DNA of 64,000 nt from NCBI GenBank assembly GCA_964106915.2, contig OZ066925.1, one strand, 5' to 3'. The notes under the pieces are model-generated. The model saw only the letters and a list, made by a program, of their open reading frames with translations. It did not search any database and had not been told where the DNA came from. This stretch comes from Podarcis gaigeae. Lineage: Eukaryota. A program made the position numbers and the translations under genes. Numbering within the stretch: the first letter of the stretch is position 1; every line of letters starts with the position of its first letter. Below are positions 12,060 through 24,558 of the stretch, piece after piece.

Positions 12060-15045
12060 AAGCATTCCTTCGCCCCTGAAACAAGCATTGCAGAAAGAAA
12101 AATGGGGGGAGTGGTCAGCTCCCAACCTAATCAAGTTCTACTTTGGGAAAAGTCAATTTGGGAATCAATTTGACAGCCCTGCAGACTCTGCCCCATCTCC
12201 GAGGATGCTGAGGGCTCAGTGCCAGCATGAACAAACAAATGCCCAGCTTCTGTGGAAAGAGTACCCACTGGCTTGCCCAGGCCGAAGGCTTGGGATTTCA
12301 GCTGCACAAAGAGCCATGCCTGCTCAATAGGAGAGCGCAGAGGCCATGTCAAGTGTTGGATCAGCACCTTTGCTTACTGCTTAGCCGTGTATCATAGATC
12401 TGTGCCATGCCTTATCAATCTGTAACCTGCAGACCCATGTTGGGATGCTGAACTGACTTCTTAAATCAAATCCGTAAGACTTCCAAGCATCATGATGATT
12501 CTAGTTCCACGTCTGACGAAGAGCCAGCACCACAGGAGTGCTGCTCTTCATGGTTCCAGCCAGCCTTTCTCTCCAAGCAGTACATTCTGCTCTTCCCTTC
12601 CTCCCATGCTAACTTTTCTTTTCCTGTTGTCAATCACTCTATATTCCATGGCTACTGAGCCATCTAAGTTCTCACCAGCCTCTTGTTGTTTTGAAAACAG
12701 CTTTTGTGCAAACTTTGGGCTGAGTCTTCCCTTTTGTGTCTTAATGGCCTTGTTTTTACTCCAATTCTCTTTGTCACTTAGACTTGTTGTCAGGAGGCAG
12801 GCTTATGGGAGCTTGACATACTTAGCATTACATCAGATTCCACCAGAAGTGAATTTTGTGTTAGATAAAACATCTGAGGAAATTCAAAAGAAGTCCAAAC
12901 AAGCTTGATAAGAGTAGCAACATTCCTCAGGATAGCTTACACATGGAATCCAGGTAAGTTGTAAGAATGCCAGGGAGCTATACAGATTCATGGAACAAAT
13001 GGGCAAAATAATTTCTGAACATGGCATTTGCTTCTCTCAGTGAACAAGAAGCAAATATCTGCAGGTTTGCAAAAGAATTCTGCAATTCACAGGTGAGGTA
13101 CTAGAGAAAGCAGAGTGGCAGCATAAGAAGCCATTTAGCCTTTTTAATATTGAAAAAATTTACTTCCCTGCTTTATCTTGACAGTAGCAAAATTAAAACA
13201 CCAGTTAGCAGTCAATGGGAACTATATTTAGCAAACCACCTGCCTGTCTAGGCAGGGTACCCAGTGAAAAGATGGTTTTCTCAGAGGAAGAGAGACTTAC
13301 AACTAAAAAGTGTCGCATATTCAGCTTTTTGGTACCCTGTCAAAGAACTCTTTGAGCCTTCAGTGGCTCCCATGACATTTATAATAAAAGACCCTACTTA
13401 GATTTGACAGCCAAGGAGAAGAAAATTCTCACAAGCACCTCCCGTGTGGGAGCTGCTCATGATGCTTTGCCTTCCAGCCCTTCACACCCTGCGCAGAGTG
13501 GATTGCATGAAGTCCAGCCTCATACTCACAGTTTTGTACCTAATGGTAGGATTCAGTGGGATTTTTTCATTCAGGTTAGGTGTTTGGACCCTCAATGGAA
13601 AAGTGGAGAGCGGCCATTTTTGCCCCTCTTTCATCTCCCCCCCTACAGCCTTCCTGCCACCAGAGCAGGTTTTCAGGGGGCTGCCAAGGAAAGAGAGAAT
13701 CAGCGAGTGCCCCCTCTCCTCGTTTGTCTTCACAAATGTGTCTGCTGGATCCAAGCCCCTTCTCTGGGTGAAAAGGCAGCATTGACACAGCTGGCCCTAT
13801 CCTCAGGCAGAGGGAAGCATCATGCAAGGGCAGCAGATTGTTAGTCACTGCATTTATTATTGGCTTTTACTTCTGGGGAGGGGACAGAGGGGAGAAGCTG
13901 TCTAGGGATTTCTGCCCCAGGTGCGAAAATAGCTTGGCTAGATGTGGCTTCTAGGCTTTGACCCCGAGAGGGGATACTATTTGCTGTTCTGCCTCAGGCA
14001 GCAACATGTATTGGGTGAGCTCTAATCAATTGATTCAGTCCACTGACTGTGTTTCTTTCTCATAATAGCTTTTAAGGCAAAGTTCATTTAATTAATCTTT
14101 TTTTTAAAAAATGAATGAAATCTGAAATCTCATCAATAACAAACAGCTGTGCTAATAGCATGCTGCTAAACAATACACTCCACATTACTTTCAGATGTAA
14201 ACATTTATTATTCCAGCCAGGGTTTTTTTGTGTGTAATGCTTGCTGCTCTCTATAAATTGCGTTTCACTTTCCAAATTCATGCTTAACATTTTTTTTTCA
14301 AATACCCTACTAAAACTATTCATGAAAGCAAGTCACAAATTCTTTCACGTTGTTTTGCACATCCTTCCAATATCATCACATCTATTTTTAGTGCCTCCAG
14401 TGCTGTAGAAATCTTGCTGAGGCTTCTGAGGATGCCACTGGACTTCTCATAACTTTGACAAATTCCAAGACTTTATTGCTTACAGTCTGTTGTGAACTGA
14501 AATCTCTGCATCAGCCTTCGCCATGGAAAAGATTGGATAGATACCAACATCTTTGTTGCTTTCAGGCAGAGGATCTGAGTAGTTTTGTTAAGTGGGGGTG
14601 AAAAAAGCATTACATTTTAAAAGCTAATTGGAAAGTTTTAAATTCACAAGCTGTGAAGTTTGGGTGGCATACACCAGAGTGCTCTTAAAGAACATGCATA
14701 TGACATTTCTGACTATTAACAACAAAGTCATTAGGGACTGGAGGATCACCAACGTAATACCAGTATTTTGAAATAAGAGGTTGAGCCAAGGACTATCAAC
14801 CTTATTCCTATCGCACTCCTAATGGTGGAAAGCATAAAGTTAGCAGTTTTGGTTTGTTTTGTTTAAAATTTATTTATCACATCTCACAACCAACAGAGGT
14901 CTCAGAGAATTTACAGATACAGAAAATACAATATATGATAAAATATCCATGAAAACATTTAATTATTAAACACATAGAGAACAAAGCCTTAGCAAACACA
15001 CTTGCTTAGGACATGTGCCAAAATGGCGCAAATACATTAAAACTA

Positions 15046-15531
15046 GCAATGGGAAGGAGGTGGTTGAGCCCTTGGATGATGAGGGAGCCAAAGTGTGTCA
15101 AATAAGCATAAGGAGATGGAGGAGAAGCTGAAAGAATTATTTGCACCTATTTTCACAACAGAAGATACAGGGCAGGTCCCAGTGCCATAACTAACTTTTG
15201 CAGGAGGCAAGTCTAAGGACCGGGGGCAGATAGTGGTGATGAGGGATGAAGTTCTAGGCCTAATAAACAAAATAAAAACAAATTGCTGCGTCTAGCTGGC
15301 ATCCACACAAGAGTTTTCAAGGAACTCAAATGTGGAAATACTTATCTTCTAACTTGTCCCTCAGATCAGCCTCCAGAACTGAGGGCTGGAAAGTAGTTAG
15401 TGGGACACAAATTTCTGAAAGGGATCAGTGGCCAGGGGGCGGGGGGGGGGGTCTTGGAATTAGCCAATTAGCTTATCATCCATCCCAGGAAAACTGGTAG
15501 AAAGTATTGTTTAAAATAGTTAACAAGCATT
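15046..15531 (+). mobile_element. Old CR1 ORF2 internal fragment, continuing briefly after 16361
   Basis: Degenerate EKL..FA..FT, GIH.RV.KEL and PISL.SIPGKLVESI motifs; split by a solo LTR and a hAT MITE. Confidence 0.75.
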
Positions 15532-15532
15532 T

Positions 15533-16095
15533 TGTAATAGATTTGGGGGGACCCCCCTACAGAAATTAATAAATGATAGGCTTTTGATTAATTGGGGTAT
15601 GGATAAAAGGACAAGCTGCAGAACTGTGCCAGACAAGGAATTCCTGTGTGGCTGATGCACACCAGCCTGGTGTGCCATCTGAGAGGAATCCTTTGGTCTG
15701 GGGGGACAGATGCTGCCCAGGTGTGTGTGTTTGAGGTGACAGGAAAAAAAGAGTCTGGTAGCAAGGGGTTCTGGGAAGGAGAAGGAGGAAGAGAGACTGG
15801 GATCCATTTGGGGGCAGGCTGGCTGCAGAGCTGGCTGGGAGAGATGCCTTGGACTCCAGGACTGCACTGCTGTAGGGGACACCCCCTCTCGAAATGACCA
15901 TGCAGAAGATCTGGATTCCCCCCATGCAGACAGAAGGTGTAAGTAGGTGAATAAACTAGATTTCTTGAAGCTAGGACAGTCTCTGCTATGTCTCAGTTCT
16001 CCAAAGGAGCACAGACCCTGGGTGAGTACCTGGAACCCCATGGACTCTTGCCACTGCTCGGCGGAGAGAGAGGGAAGTTCCAAACTTTTGTAACA
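15533..16095 (+). mobile_element. Solo LTR (Gypsy/ERV-like)
   Basis: TGT...ACA termini, ~560 bp long, AATAAA at 15950-15955, interrupts a CR1 frame; TSD not clearly resolved. Confidence 0.6.
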
Positions 16096-16103
16096 AGATA
16101 GAA

Positions 16104-16360
16104 CAGGGGTAGGCAACCTAAGGCCTGTGAGCCAGATGCAGCCCAATCGCCTTCTCAATCTGGCCCACAGACGGTCCAGGAATCAGCGTGTTTTTATGAG
16201 TAGAATGTGTCCTTTTATTTAAAATGCATCTCTGGGTTATTTGTGGGGCATAGGAATTCGTTCACCCCCCCCCAAAAAAAAATTATATATATAGTCCAGC
16301 CCACCACATGGTCTGAGGGACGGTGGACCGACCTACGGCTGAAAAAGGTTACTGACCCTG
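16104..16360. mobile_element. hAT (Charlie-like) MITE
   Basis: CAGGG..CCCTG termini, 8-bp TSD agatagaa/agatagga; inverted homologous copy at 37578-37828. Confidence 0.85.
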
Positions 16361-16719
16361 AGATAGGAGAGCAAGTCTTGTTGAAGCAGAGCTAGCCTTT
16401 TCTCACAAACCTTCCCAGTCCCCCTCCTAACCATTCTTTGGGCCATGTGCCACTAGGCAAAGTCAGCCAGCATGGATTGTGCCCAAAATGAGTCTCATAG
16501 AAAAAGATAGATAGATAATTTATTGCAGTCAGAGACCAGCTTATAAAACATGCTTGGGGGTACAGGGTTTCCTTTCTCTCCCAATGAGCAGGCACAAAGT
16601 CTCTGAGCGTATGGGACTTTTTAAAAGGCTCCTTCCAGGACCAGCAAGGGCAGAGCTGAGCTTCTGGCAAGTGTAAAAGCCCTTCTTGCATTTTTAGATA
16701 TGAGAAAGAAGAGATATGC

Positions 16720-17690
16720 TGCCGGTGCAGCTATATCTTTCAATATGTCCAATTTTATAGTTGGGGCACCTTGAGCAGTCCCATTGTCTCTCGGTGTCTA
16801 TGATTCTTTGCCTGACCATAGCTTTTGCCTGGCCCAACCCCAGACTTAGAAGGGCTTGAGGGGCAAAACCCAGTTTCTGAAGGGTGTTCAGGACTGCAGT
16901 CTGCCAGCCTGACTGGAATTGGTCACAGAGGATCAGTGGGGCTATTCCTCAGGGGAGCAGATTCAATGTCAGCCATTTGTAGATTGATGTTAGGCAGATA
17001 TAAGCCTCCACTCTCATCATCCCCATTTCTAGTCTAACCCATGCATTTGAAACACTTCTGGGGACGCGTAGGAGAGCTCTGAGGAGTTTGCATTGGACTC
17101 TCTCAAGTGGGGAGAAAGCAAAGGAAGACAGGCCCAGAAAGGATCCATAAAGGAGCTGTGCCAAAGTTTTGGCCTTGTATAATTTTAGAGCCGCAGGGAC
17201 GAAAAAGCCCCCTTGTCCTCTGAAAAATGTAAGGATACAGTTTGCGGTTTTTTCCTCTGAGCTCCCGATGGAGTTTTTGTGAAGTTTGTTGGTTCCTGAG
17301 GCCTGTACCACCATTCCTAGATACTTATAGTTTGTGACTTGTTCTAATTTATGACCTTGGAGTTCCCAGATTCTAAGCTTTGGTTTTTCCCCAAAAGCAA
17401 GTATCTTGGTCTTTTGATAGTTGATTTTGAGACATTCAGATTCACAGTATGCTGCGAGCTTTCTTAGTGCTCTTTTGAGTCCAATGGGGGTTCTAGATAG
17501 AATTACCGCCTCATCGGCATATAGCAGGACCGAAATATGCCGATTTGCAAGCTTCGGCAGGTGGCGTTCTGAGTCATTGAGTGCAGATACTAAGTTATTT
17601 AGATAGAAATTGAATAGTAGAGGGGCCAATAGGCACCCTTGCCTGACTCCTTTGAAGGTTTTAATGGGGTCCATTAGGTGTCCTAGGCTC
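16720..17690 (-). mobile_element. RTE-X-like LINE internal RT fragment
   Basis: ORF 16949..17674(-): GVRQGCLLAPLLFNFYL, LLYADEAVIL (YADD variant), INYQKTKIL, YKYLG, LAQLLYG. Confidence 0.85.
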
Positions 17691-19409
17691 TAAGAATTAA
17701 GAATTAAGAACAGAAGCCTTCATAGAAAGAGAATTATGGAGTTGTGGTGGCCATCTCACCAATAAATCAACACAGAAGACAAAAGCAGTCAAAAAGCCAA
17801 ACTGAAAATTTTGAATTAGAAAAAGGACTAAAACCAACATTGTGGTGTATGGCTGATCACTGTTGGAAACACAATGTTAGAGTAGATGGAGCAACAATCT
17901 GTTTCACCAGGTCTCTAGTTACTTGATCTTGTTTGCAAACATTGTTTCCACTCCTCTTCTGATACACCATTTCCCCTCTCTTAAGAAAGATTTTACGAAC
18001 ATTTTCACAAAGAACTGAACTATATATAGTATTTTTGCGTATAAGTAATTAATGTGCATAGGTTTTTAAAAATTAAATAGACATCATTGGTGGAGGAGAA
18101 GCATCAGGACTTCAGTGCATGGGTAAGGGCATTAACCCTTTTCACCACCTTGGACCCAATGAAAAAGATTGCCCCACTCAGGCTCCCTTTGGTTCCACTG
18201 CTTTCTTAAATCTGCAGTTGCCATAGGCTTCCTATGCCCACTCCAGAATCTTATGCAACAAAGATTTAGGTAGGGTTTTTTTAAAAAAAATAATCAAATC
18301 AAATCTGTGTTAACATCTAATTCCAAATATAATCCCTTCAAAGACAGATTGCTTTGATTTGCTTTTTGGACTGACAGGAAAAATACATATGCTCAAAGAG
18401 CACTTGACTGCTTCCTCTTCTGAAGTGCAATCAATTCTAGAGAGCATTTTGAAGCAGTCATATTTAGTGGTTTATTCTTCGATTCCTCTTTCTACAGTAG
18501 AGAGCCTTGAAGAAAGAATCTGAAAGGTTCAGGCACTCTTTCGTCAGCAGCTGTCCCCCTTCTCTGGATAGGTCACTTTAGAAAGAAATGGACTAAGGGA
18601 GTCAAGTGCATCAGATGTGAATAAGTTTTTAAAAAATCTTTCATACCCTATTGAGTCTTAACGTAAGCTTTTCTTCCTTTAATCCTTGTAAGCATTTTCA
18701 CTGGGATTATTATTTTTTCTCTGGCTCCCTCTGATTTAAGTAAAAGTCATTTTTCTGTTTCTGAACATTGTTTCAAGCTTTATAGTCCTTGATAACTTCT
18801 TTCAAAACACATCTTGCTCCTGTGATATTTTAAAAAACACACAATTTTTGTTATAAAGAGAACCATGTTATCACTTGATTTGCAGGAGAGATGGCAATCG
18901 GTGCTCTCAGTGGCTTCCCCATTTCACAATGGCTTAAGGCTGCAAGCATTTTGCCAACCCATTGTGAGCAGTTAATCTCTCGGTAACAGAGGGCCAGCAA
19001 CAGGAAGCTCCTGGATCAAATTGGGTCCCAGGGAGATTCTGCCTGTCCCTCATTGCCACCAATTCTTGGAAAACAACAAAACTCATCAACTAGTCACTGG
19101 AAATTGCCTCTCTTTTCACTTGAAGTCGGGGGATGGAGAATGGATTGGGCTGGAGCCGCAGCCCATGAGAAGAGGAGGGAAGCCAAAGAGCGAAGGTGGA
19201 GGGGTTCACTCCCCTCCCTCACCTGCATAGCAAGCCTCCTTGCAGTGACCACTTAGAGTAAAGAGAGAGGGCTGGGGTCTTCCAGTGATATGTTTTGTAT
19301 CACATCTAGTTAAGCCCAGTGTTGTTTTGACTCCATCCTTGTGGAAGAATGCAAGCAAATAGGCTAAGGGAGATCTCGCGTATACACAAAAATGTACGTA
19401 TTTGGGGGG

Positions 19410-19517
19410 AGGTATTCAGCTAAACTTAACACAGAATGGACCTATTGAAATTAATGGCCCTAGCTCATGTTCATTTCAGTAGGTCTACTTTGAGTAAATC
19501 TTGATTGGGTACTACCC
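19410..19517. repeat. Degenerate palindromic MITE-like repeat
   Basis: Imperfect inverted arms (gacctattgaaat / atttcagtaggtc); related actcagagtag motifs near 5030 and 34013. Confidence 0.45.
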
Positions 19518-19838
19518 TTTATCTTTTTATGGCAGGGCAGCACTTTCCTCTGAGCAGGGAGTTGGATGGGGCAATGGGCAAAGTGTCCTCGGGTGAGCAA
19601 GCTCCACAGTCGATGGGTCCTTGGCAGGCTTATGTGGTACATATTTAGCACTCCAAACAGCTCTGGGTACCTGGGAGATGCCCTTTTCCTTTCCGGCAGT
19701 GTCTCAGAGTGTGAAGCTACATTGTGGGAGATTAAAGTGATGGCTAGACTTAGCCACTTGGAGCTCTGGAAGAAGGGGGATGAAAAAGAGTCGAAGGGGC
19801 AGGGCAGGTGTCAGCAGTGGGTGCTGCCAGGATTTTTG

Positions 19839-21515
19839 TTTTTTTTTATAATAATTTTTATTAAGGTTTTCCAAATTAAAACAAATCAAAACAAATTAAA
19901 TCCAATCTATAAACTTTTTGCCAATAACTAGGACTTCCCCTCCCTACCCCCTCTTGTGTTCCAAATCTTCCAAATAAGCAATTAAATTCAACAAGTTCTT
20001 ATCCCCGAATTACACTCATCATCAATAACCCAATTTGTCCAAATTCCCATCCCCTAAGATCGATCTATACCCTTCCACGAGTTTCCCCCTTTCAAACATA
20101 GTACAGATGGAAATAAGATAAATATGAATAGTGATTTTACAGCCTTTGGATTCCAATTTTCCCTCCCCTCTTTCCCCTTTGCGTTTCACCTATCCCTCTA
20201 CTTCTAATATCTTCCTGGAGTTCCCACATTACACTATGTCCCTCAGGTTCTTTGCCAGTCTTTGATTTCGGATGTCCAATCATAGAAGGAGCCTATCAAA
20301 AAAGGGGCCCATTTCTTCTATCCAGGTTTTTATATCCAGGAGTAAAAACTCCAATTTTGTATCCATAAGCTTGTCAAACCTGAATATCCCAAATGTTCCC
20401 CCAGTTCTGTCCAGTTCTTGTTATTTCCTTGTTCTTGTCAATCATTCTCCTCCTTTTTATTTCTCTGTTCTCCCACAGAAATGTTCTTTTTCCAAAAGTT
20501 TCTAGTGTCTCTGTAGAGGCTTGTTATTCATGGAGCAAAGCATTGCATCATATTCCTTTCATTTTCCAACAAATAGTTCCATTGTTTCCTGTAGTGTATA
20601 GACCTCTGTAGACAAAATAATGTTCCATTCCTGCAGTTTCCCAGGAGATTAAAAGTTCCATTCAACTGTTCAAGTTTCCTGTCAAAAACACATGCAATAT
20701 CCCTCGGCTCCTCTAGGTGGATTACAGTAGCAAAGTTCCCTTCCAGAATCACATCCACCAGTCCAAGTAGCTTGTTAACCGATATTTAAAACAGTTTATA
20801 TTCAATTTATAACAAATATAACCGGCAAAGTCCTCATAACAAAATCTCTATTTTAATCTTCCTTTTTGACAGCTCTTTGACAGCTGTCAAAACCTCCATC
20901 GCTTTTCTCCAGGCAGTTTCACAAATCGCTCCAGGGATTCCGGGGGGGGATTGCTTTTTTTAAAAAACAATTCCACTTTTCTCCTCCAGCTCAATCTTAT
21001 AATTTTCCCTCGTGAAGTTGCTGATTCGGCAAGATAAGGTTACACTCGATCTTAGTTGTCCAGTCCTTTGTTTTGGCTCTTCTACAATTTAGGGGTGGGC
21101 TGACTTCCTTTTTTCCGCCTCCCCCGTTCGCTCCGAATTTTAAAAATTTATCCCTTTTTTTTTTTTTAGTCCATATTCCAATTACTCACGGGTTCTTCTT
21201 TAGAGCCGAATTTTCAATAGAAGAAGTCAGCGCTCTCCGCCGGATGGCATGCGGCTGCGCTCGGCAGGGATAGCAGAGAACTCAAAGCACCACGCTTCTC
21301 CCCGGCACCCGATCCGTAGCCTTTAAAAAGGCTCCTTCACGAGTCGGGAGAGCGCTAACGGTGCCAGCCGAGTCTCCATGTCCACGGCCTCCTCTGGCCG
21401 TGGTTTTTAAGGGTCCCCGCATCGCCGGTGCGGTAGGACCCAGCCCCTGCCAAGCCGGCTCCCTCCGGAGCTCGGAGGGAGTCCGCCATTCGGCGATGGC
21501 GCCGACCCGGAAGTC
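19839..21515 (-). mobile_element. Short (1.68 kb) non-autonomous L1/HAL1-like retroelement
   Basis: CpG-rich 5' end GACTTCCGGGTCGGCGCCAT, AATAAA plus A-rich tail, perfect 18-bp TSD gtgctgccaggatttttg (19821-19838 / 21516-21533); only broken ORF1-like pieces. Confidence 0.8.
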
Positions 21516-22713
21516 GTGCTGCCAGGATTTTTGGATCCAGCAGCTGCCCCAGAATGCCCAGCGCTAACCAACCCTGCCTCTACCTGAGGTTTCTTGACTT
21601 GCTTGGCAACGTTTTGTTCTTTCAGAGGGCCTGTACGCAAAGTAAGCCGTACCTACCAAACATTTACCAGAGTTCCAAAGTTTAAATAAATGCTTTGCCA
21701 GTCCCTGCATAACAGCGAACCTTTCCCTAGGCAATAGCATTCAGCTGTGGAAGCCTTCATCATGATAATAGCTTGCTTCACTGTGTAATTTTTAATGCTT
21801 TCTATTCTTTTCACTTGTGTACCACTAAGGCAGTGCAGTGATGATAGAGTAAAACCTCTTCCTGATTCATTCTGCAGATAAATGCATTACTTTTCAGTTC
21901 AGTAGTTCAATGCCGCCAAGGGCAGTACAACACTGTATGATGAATTTGTTGAATATTTAGAAACAAATCTTCATAACTTATGAGAATGCATGGATGGAAT
22001 AGATCGACACAAAGGCACTGTGAGGCCCCGGGACATGGTTTCTCATGGTGTTACTCCGCAAGAAAAATTATTCATAAGTCTTTTTTCCTTCCTGGCACCA
22101 TTGCTTTGTTCCAGAGCAACAGTTCTTGGAACATTGATTCAGATAAATATGTGTTAAGCCTGTCCTCTTATTTTCATGGCTATTTGTGACTTCCCACCTT
22201 GTAGTGTCACATGTTGGCTGACATTTATCTGCACACATGCTATTTTTTCTAGATCTAAATCACTGTCATGCTCCACATGATATTATTCTGCAATTGATAC
22301 CAAACCCCAGAATAAAGACATGAGGCACTGATAATAATTTGCACCTAATTAGTTATTTCCCAAAATCATTGTAAGTCTCTTAGGTGAGACTTTAGAATCA
22401 AATGTATCTTGCTGTTACAGGTGTTTACCTGGACTCACATGTGCACTGCCAGCACTCATTGATGCTCATATGCACACTGCTGAGAGGTTTAGGATCTTTT
22501 GCTGGAGTTATAACGTGCTTGCCTATGAGAATGTGTTTTCCCTTAGCCTTATGTCCACAAGAAGCTCTTTCACAGAGGAATAAAGAACACTTGGTTTATT
22601 ACATGAAATAAAAGTAACAAAATATATAAATGCTGCTTCTGACAGCATAATTACAATTTAAGCAGACAGTAAATTCTACAATACATACACACCTTGATAT
22701 AAAGTTTGATATA

Positions 22714-22929
22714 CAGTCATACCTCGGGATAAATACGCTTCAGGTTGAGCGTGTTACTTCTGGGTTTTGCCACTCACACATGCAGATGCTCAAAATGACG
22801 TCACATGCATGTGCAGAAGTGGCGAAATGCGACTTGCGCAGGCACAGACGGGCTGTCGCGTCTTACGTTCTGTTAGGGATGCGAATGGGGCTCCAGAACG
22901 GATCCCGTACACATCCCGAGGTACCACTG
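22714..22929. mobile_element. Tc1/mariner (Tigger-like) MITE
   Basis: TIRs cagtcatacctcgggat / atcccgaggtaccactg, TA TSD; longer sister copy at 46990-47241. Confidence 0.88.
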
Positions 22930-23346
22930 TAAAGGATATAAAGAATGACAGATTCCCTTAACTATTTCCAAAGCCTACAGAAAATTTTGCAATAGGGCCA
23001 ACACTAGAAATAAATCAGAACCAGTGAAGGCAGTGAAGGTCCTGTTTGAGTGTCTGGAGGCGGTTGGAGGAAGGATTGTGGCTAACAGATTCAGATGTAA
23101 TCCTGACAAGACAAAGGTGCTGTTTTGGGGGGACAGGGAGCAGGCAGATGTGGAGGACTCCCTGGTCCTGAATGGGGTAACTGTGCCCCTGAAGGACCAG
23201 GTGTGCAGCCTGGGAGTCATTTTGGACTCACAGCTGTCTGTGGAGGTGCAGGTAAATTCTGTGTCCAGGGCAGCTGTCTACCAGCTCCATCTGGTACACA
23301 GGCTGAGACCCTACCTACCTGCAGACTGTCTCGCCAGAGTGGTGCA

Positions 23347-23965
23347 CAGGCAAGTCTTTAACATATGTACCACTGGGGTAAAAAGATCTGCCCAGTGCCC
23401 CCAAATTTAGTTGTGAGCGCCGTCGTTGAGTCTGACAAGTGCCGCCATTGTGAATGACAAGTGCCGCTGCTTGCACGGTGCGTCTTTGGTAAATGAACGC
23501 ACAAAGTTGAAAGTCCTTTAGTGAAACAGTAGGTACAGTGGTACCTCGGGTTACATACGCTTCAGGTTACAGTTGCTTCAGGTTACAGACTCTGCTAACC
23601 CAGAAATAGTACCTCGGGTTAAGAACTTTGCTTCAGGATGAGAACAGAAATCGTGCTTTGGCGGTGCGGTGGCAGCAGGAGGCCCCATTAGCTAAAGTGG
23701 TGCTTCAGATTAAGAACAGTTTCAGGTTAAGAACGGACCTCCGGAATGAATTAAGTACTTAACCCGAGGTACCACTGTATACCTTTTGTCAATACCTAGG
23801 TATATATGTATTTTGTTTTTCTAGCTTGATCAAAATTATTTATTATTTCATAACAGGTAGATAGTTAAGAGCTTAGGCAGCTTCAGTGGTGGGCACCTCG
23901 CGCCCCCCAGAATTCGGCGCCCGGGTGCCCCGCACCCCTTGCACCCCTGGGTAAAGACGGCCCTG
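23347..23965. mobile_element. hAT non-autonomous element nested in L2
   Basis: Imperfect TIRs caggcaagtcttta / taaagacggccctg; perfect 8-bp TSD gtggtgca (23339-23346 / 23966-23973). Confidence 0.88.
23536..23777. mobile_element. Tc1/mariner (Tigger-like) MITE nested in the hAT element
   Basis: Perfect TIRs cagtggtacctcgggtta / taacccgaggtaccactg, TA TSD. Confidence 0.92.
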
Positions 23966-24453
23966 GTGGTGCATGCTTTGGTTATCTCCCGCTTGGACTA
24001 CTGCAACGTGCTCTGCGTGGGGCTACCTTTGAACGTGAATCAGAAACAACAAATCTAGAATGCAGCTGCCAGACTGGTGACTGGGAGTGGCCGCCGAGAC
24101 CATATAACACCAGTTCTAAAGAATCTACATTGGCTCCCAGTGCATTTCTGAGCACAATTCAAAGTGTTGGTGCTGACCTTCAAAGTCAAGTCATCTCTTT
24201 GTCTGCCTCCTGTACCACCATCCATTTAGTTGTTTGAACAGACTATGCTAGCAACTTGATTTGCATGTGTTTCCTAAGATGAGGCCAGTATCAGGCTGGT
24301 ACCAAGGTCTAGCAAGGTTCAAGATGGAGAATCTCATGCCACATTTAAGTTATGTCAATCTGATACCATGCCATGATCTACAGAGATAAATCATATCTTA
24401 AGTTCAGATTCACACCCACCTGTTCACATTGCTGCCTCCTTGCCTAGGATAAC

Positions 24454-24558
24454 TCATAGAATCATAGAATCATAGAATCATAGAGTTGGAAGAGACCACA
24501 AGGGCCATCGAGTCCAACCCCCTGCCAAGCAGGAAACACCATCAGAGCACTCCTGACA
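24454..24558 (-). mobile_element. CR1 3' terminus
   Basis: (ATTCTATG)n tail plus 3' UTR matching 122-198. Confidence 0.92.

Larger units (their letters stand above)
23014..24185 (+). mobile_element. L2 LINE RT 3' fragment, interrupted by nested DNA transposons
   Basis: ORF 23024..23410 (NPDKT, SLGVILDSQL, LRPYL); after 23966 it resumes with VVHALVISRLDYCN..NAAARLV..HITPVL..LHWLPV. Confidence 0.9.

Noticed and set aside
10217-12088. Long antisense ORFs (193 aa and 267 aa)
   Set aside because: These are antisense shadows of the BovB coding frame.
15520-16158. 212-aa ORF on the minus strand
   Set aside because: It spans a solo LTR and MITE junction and has no domain features.
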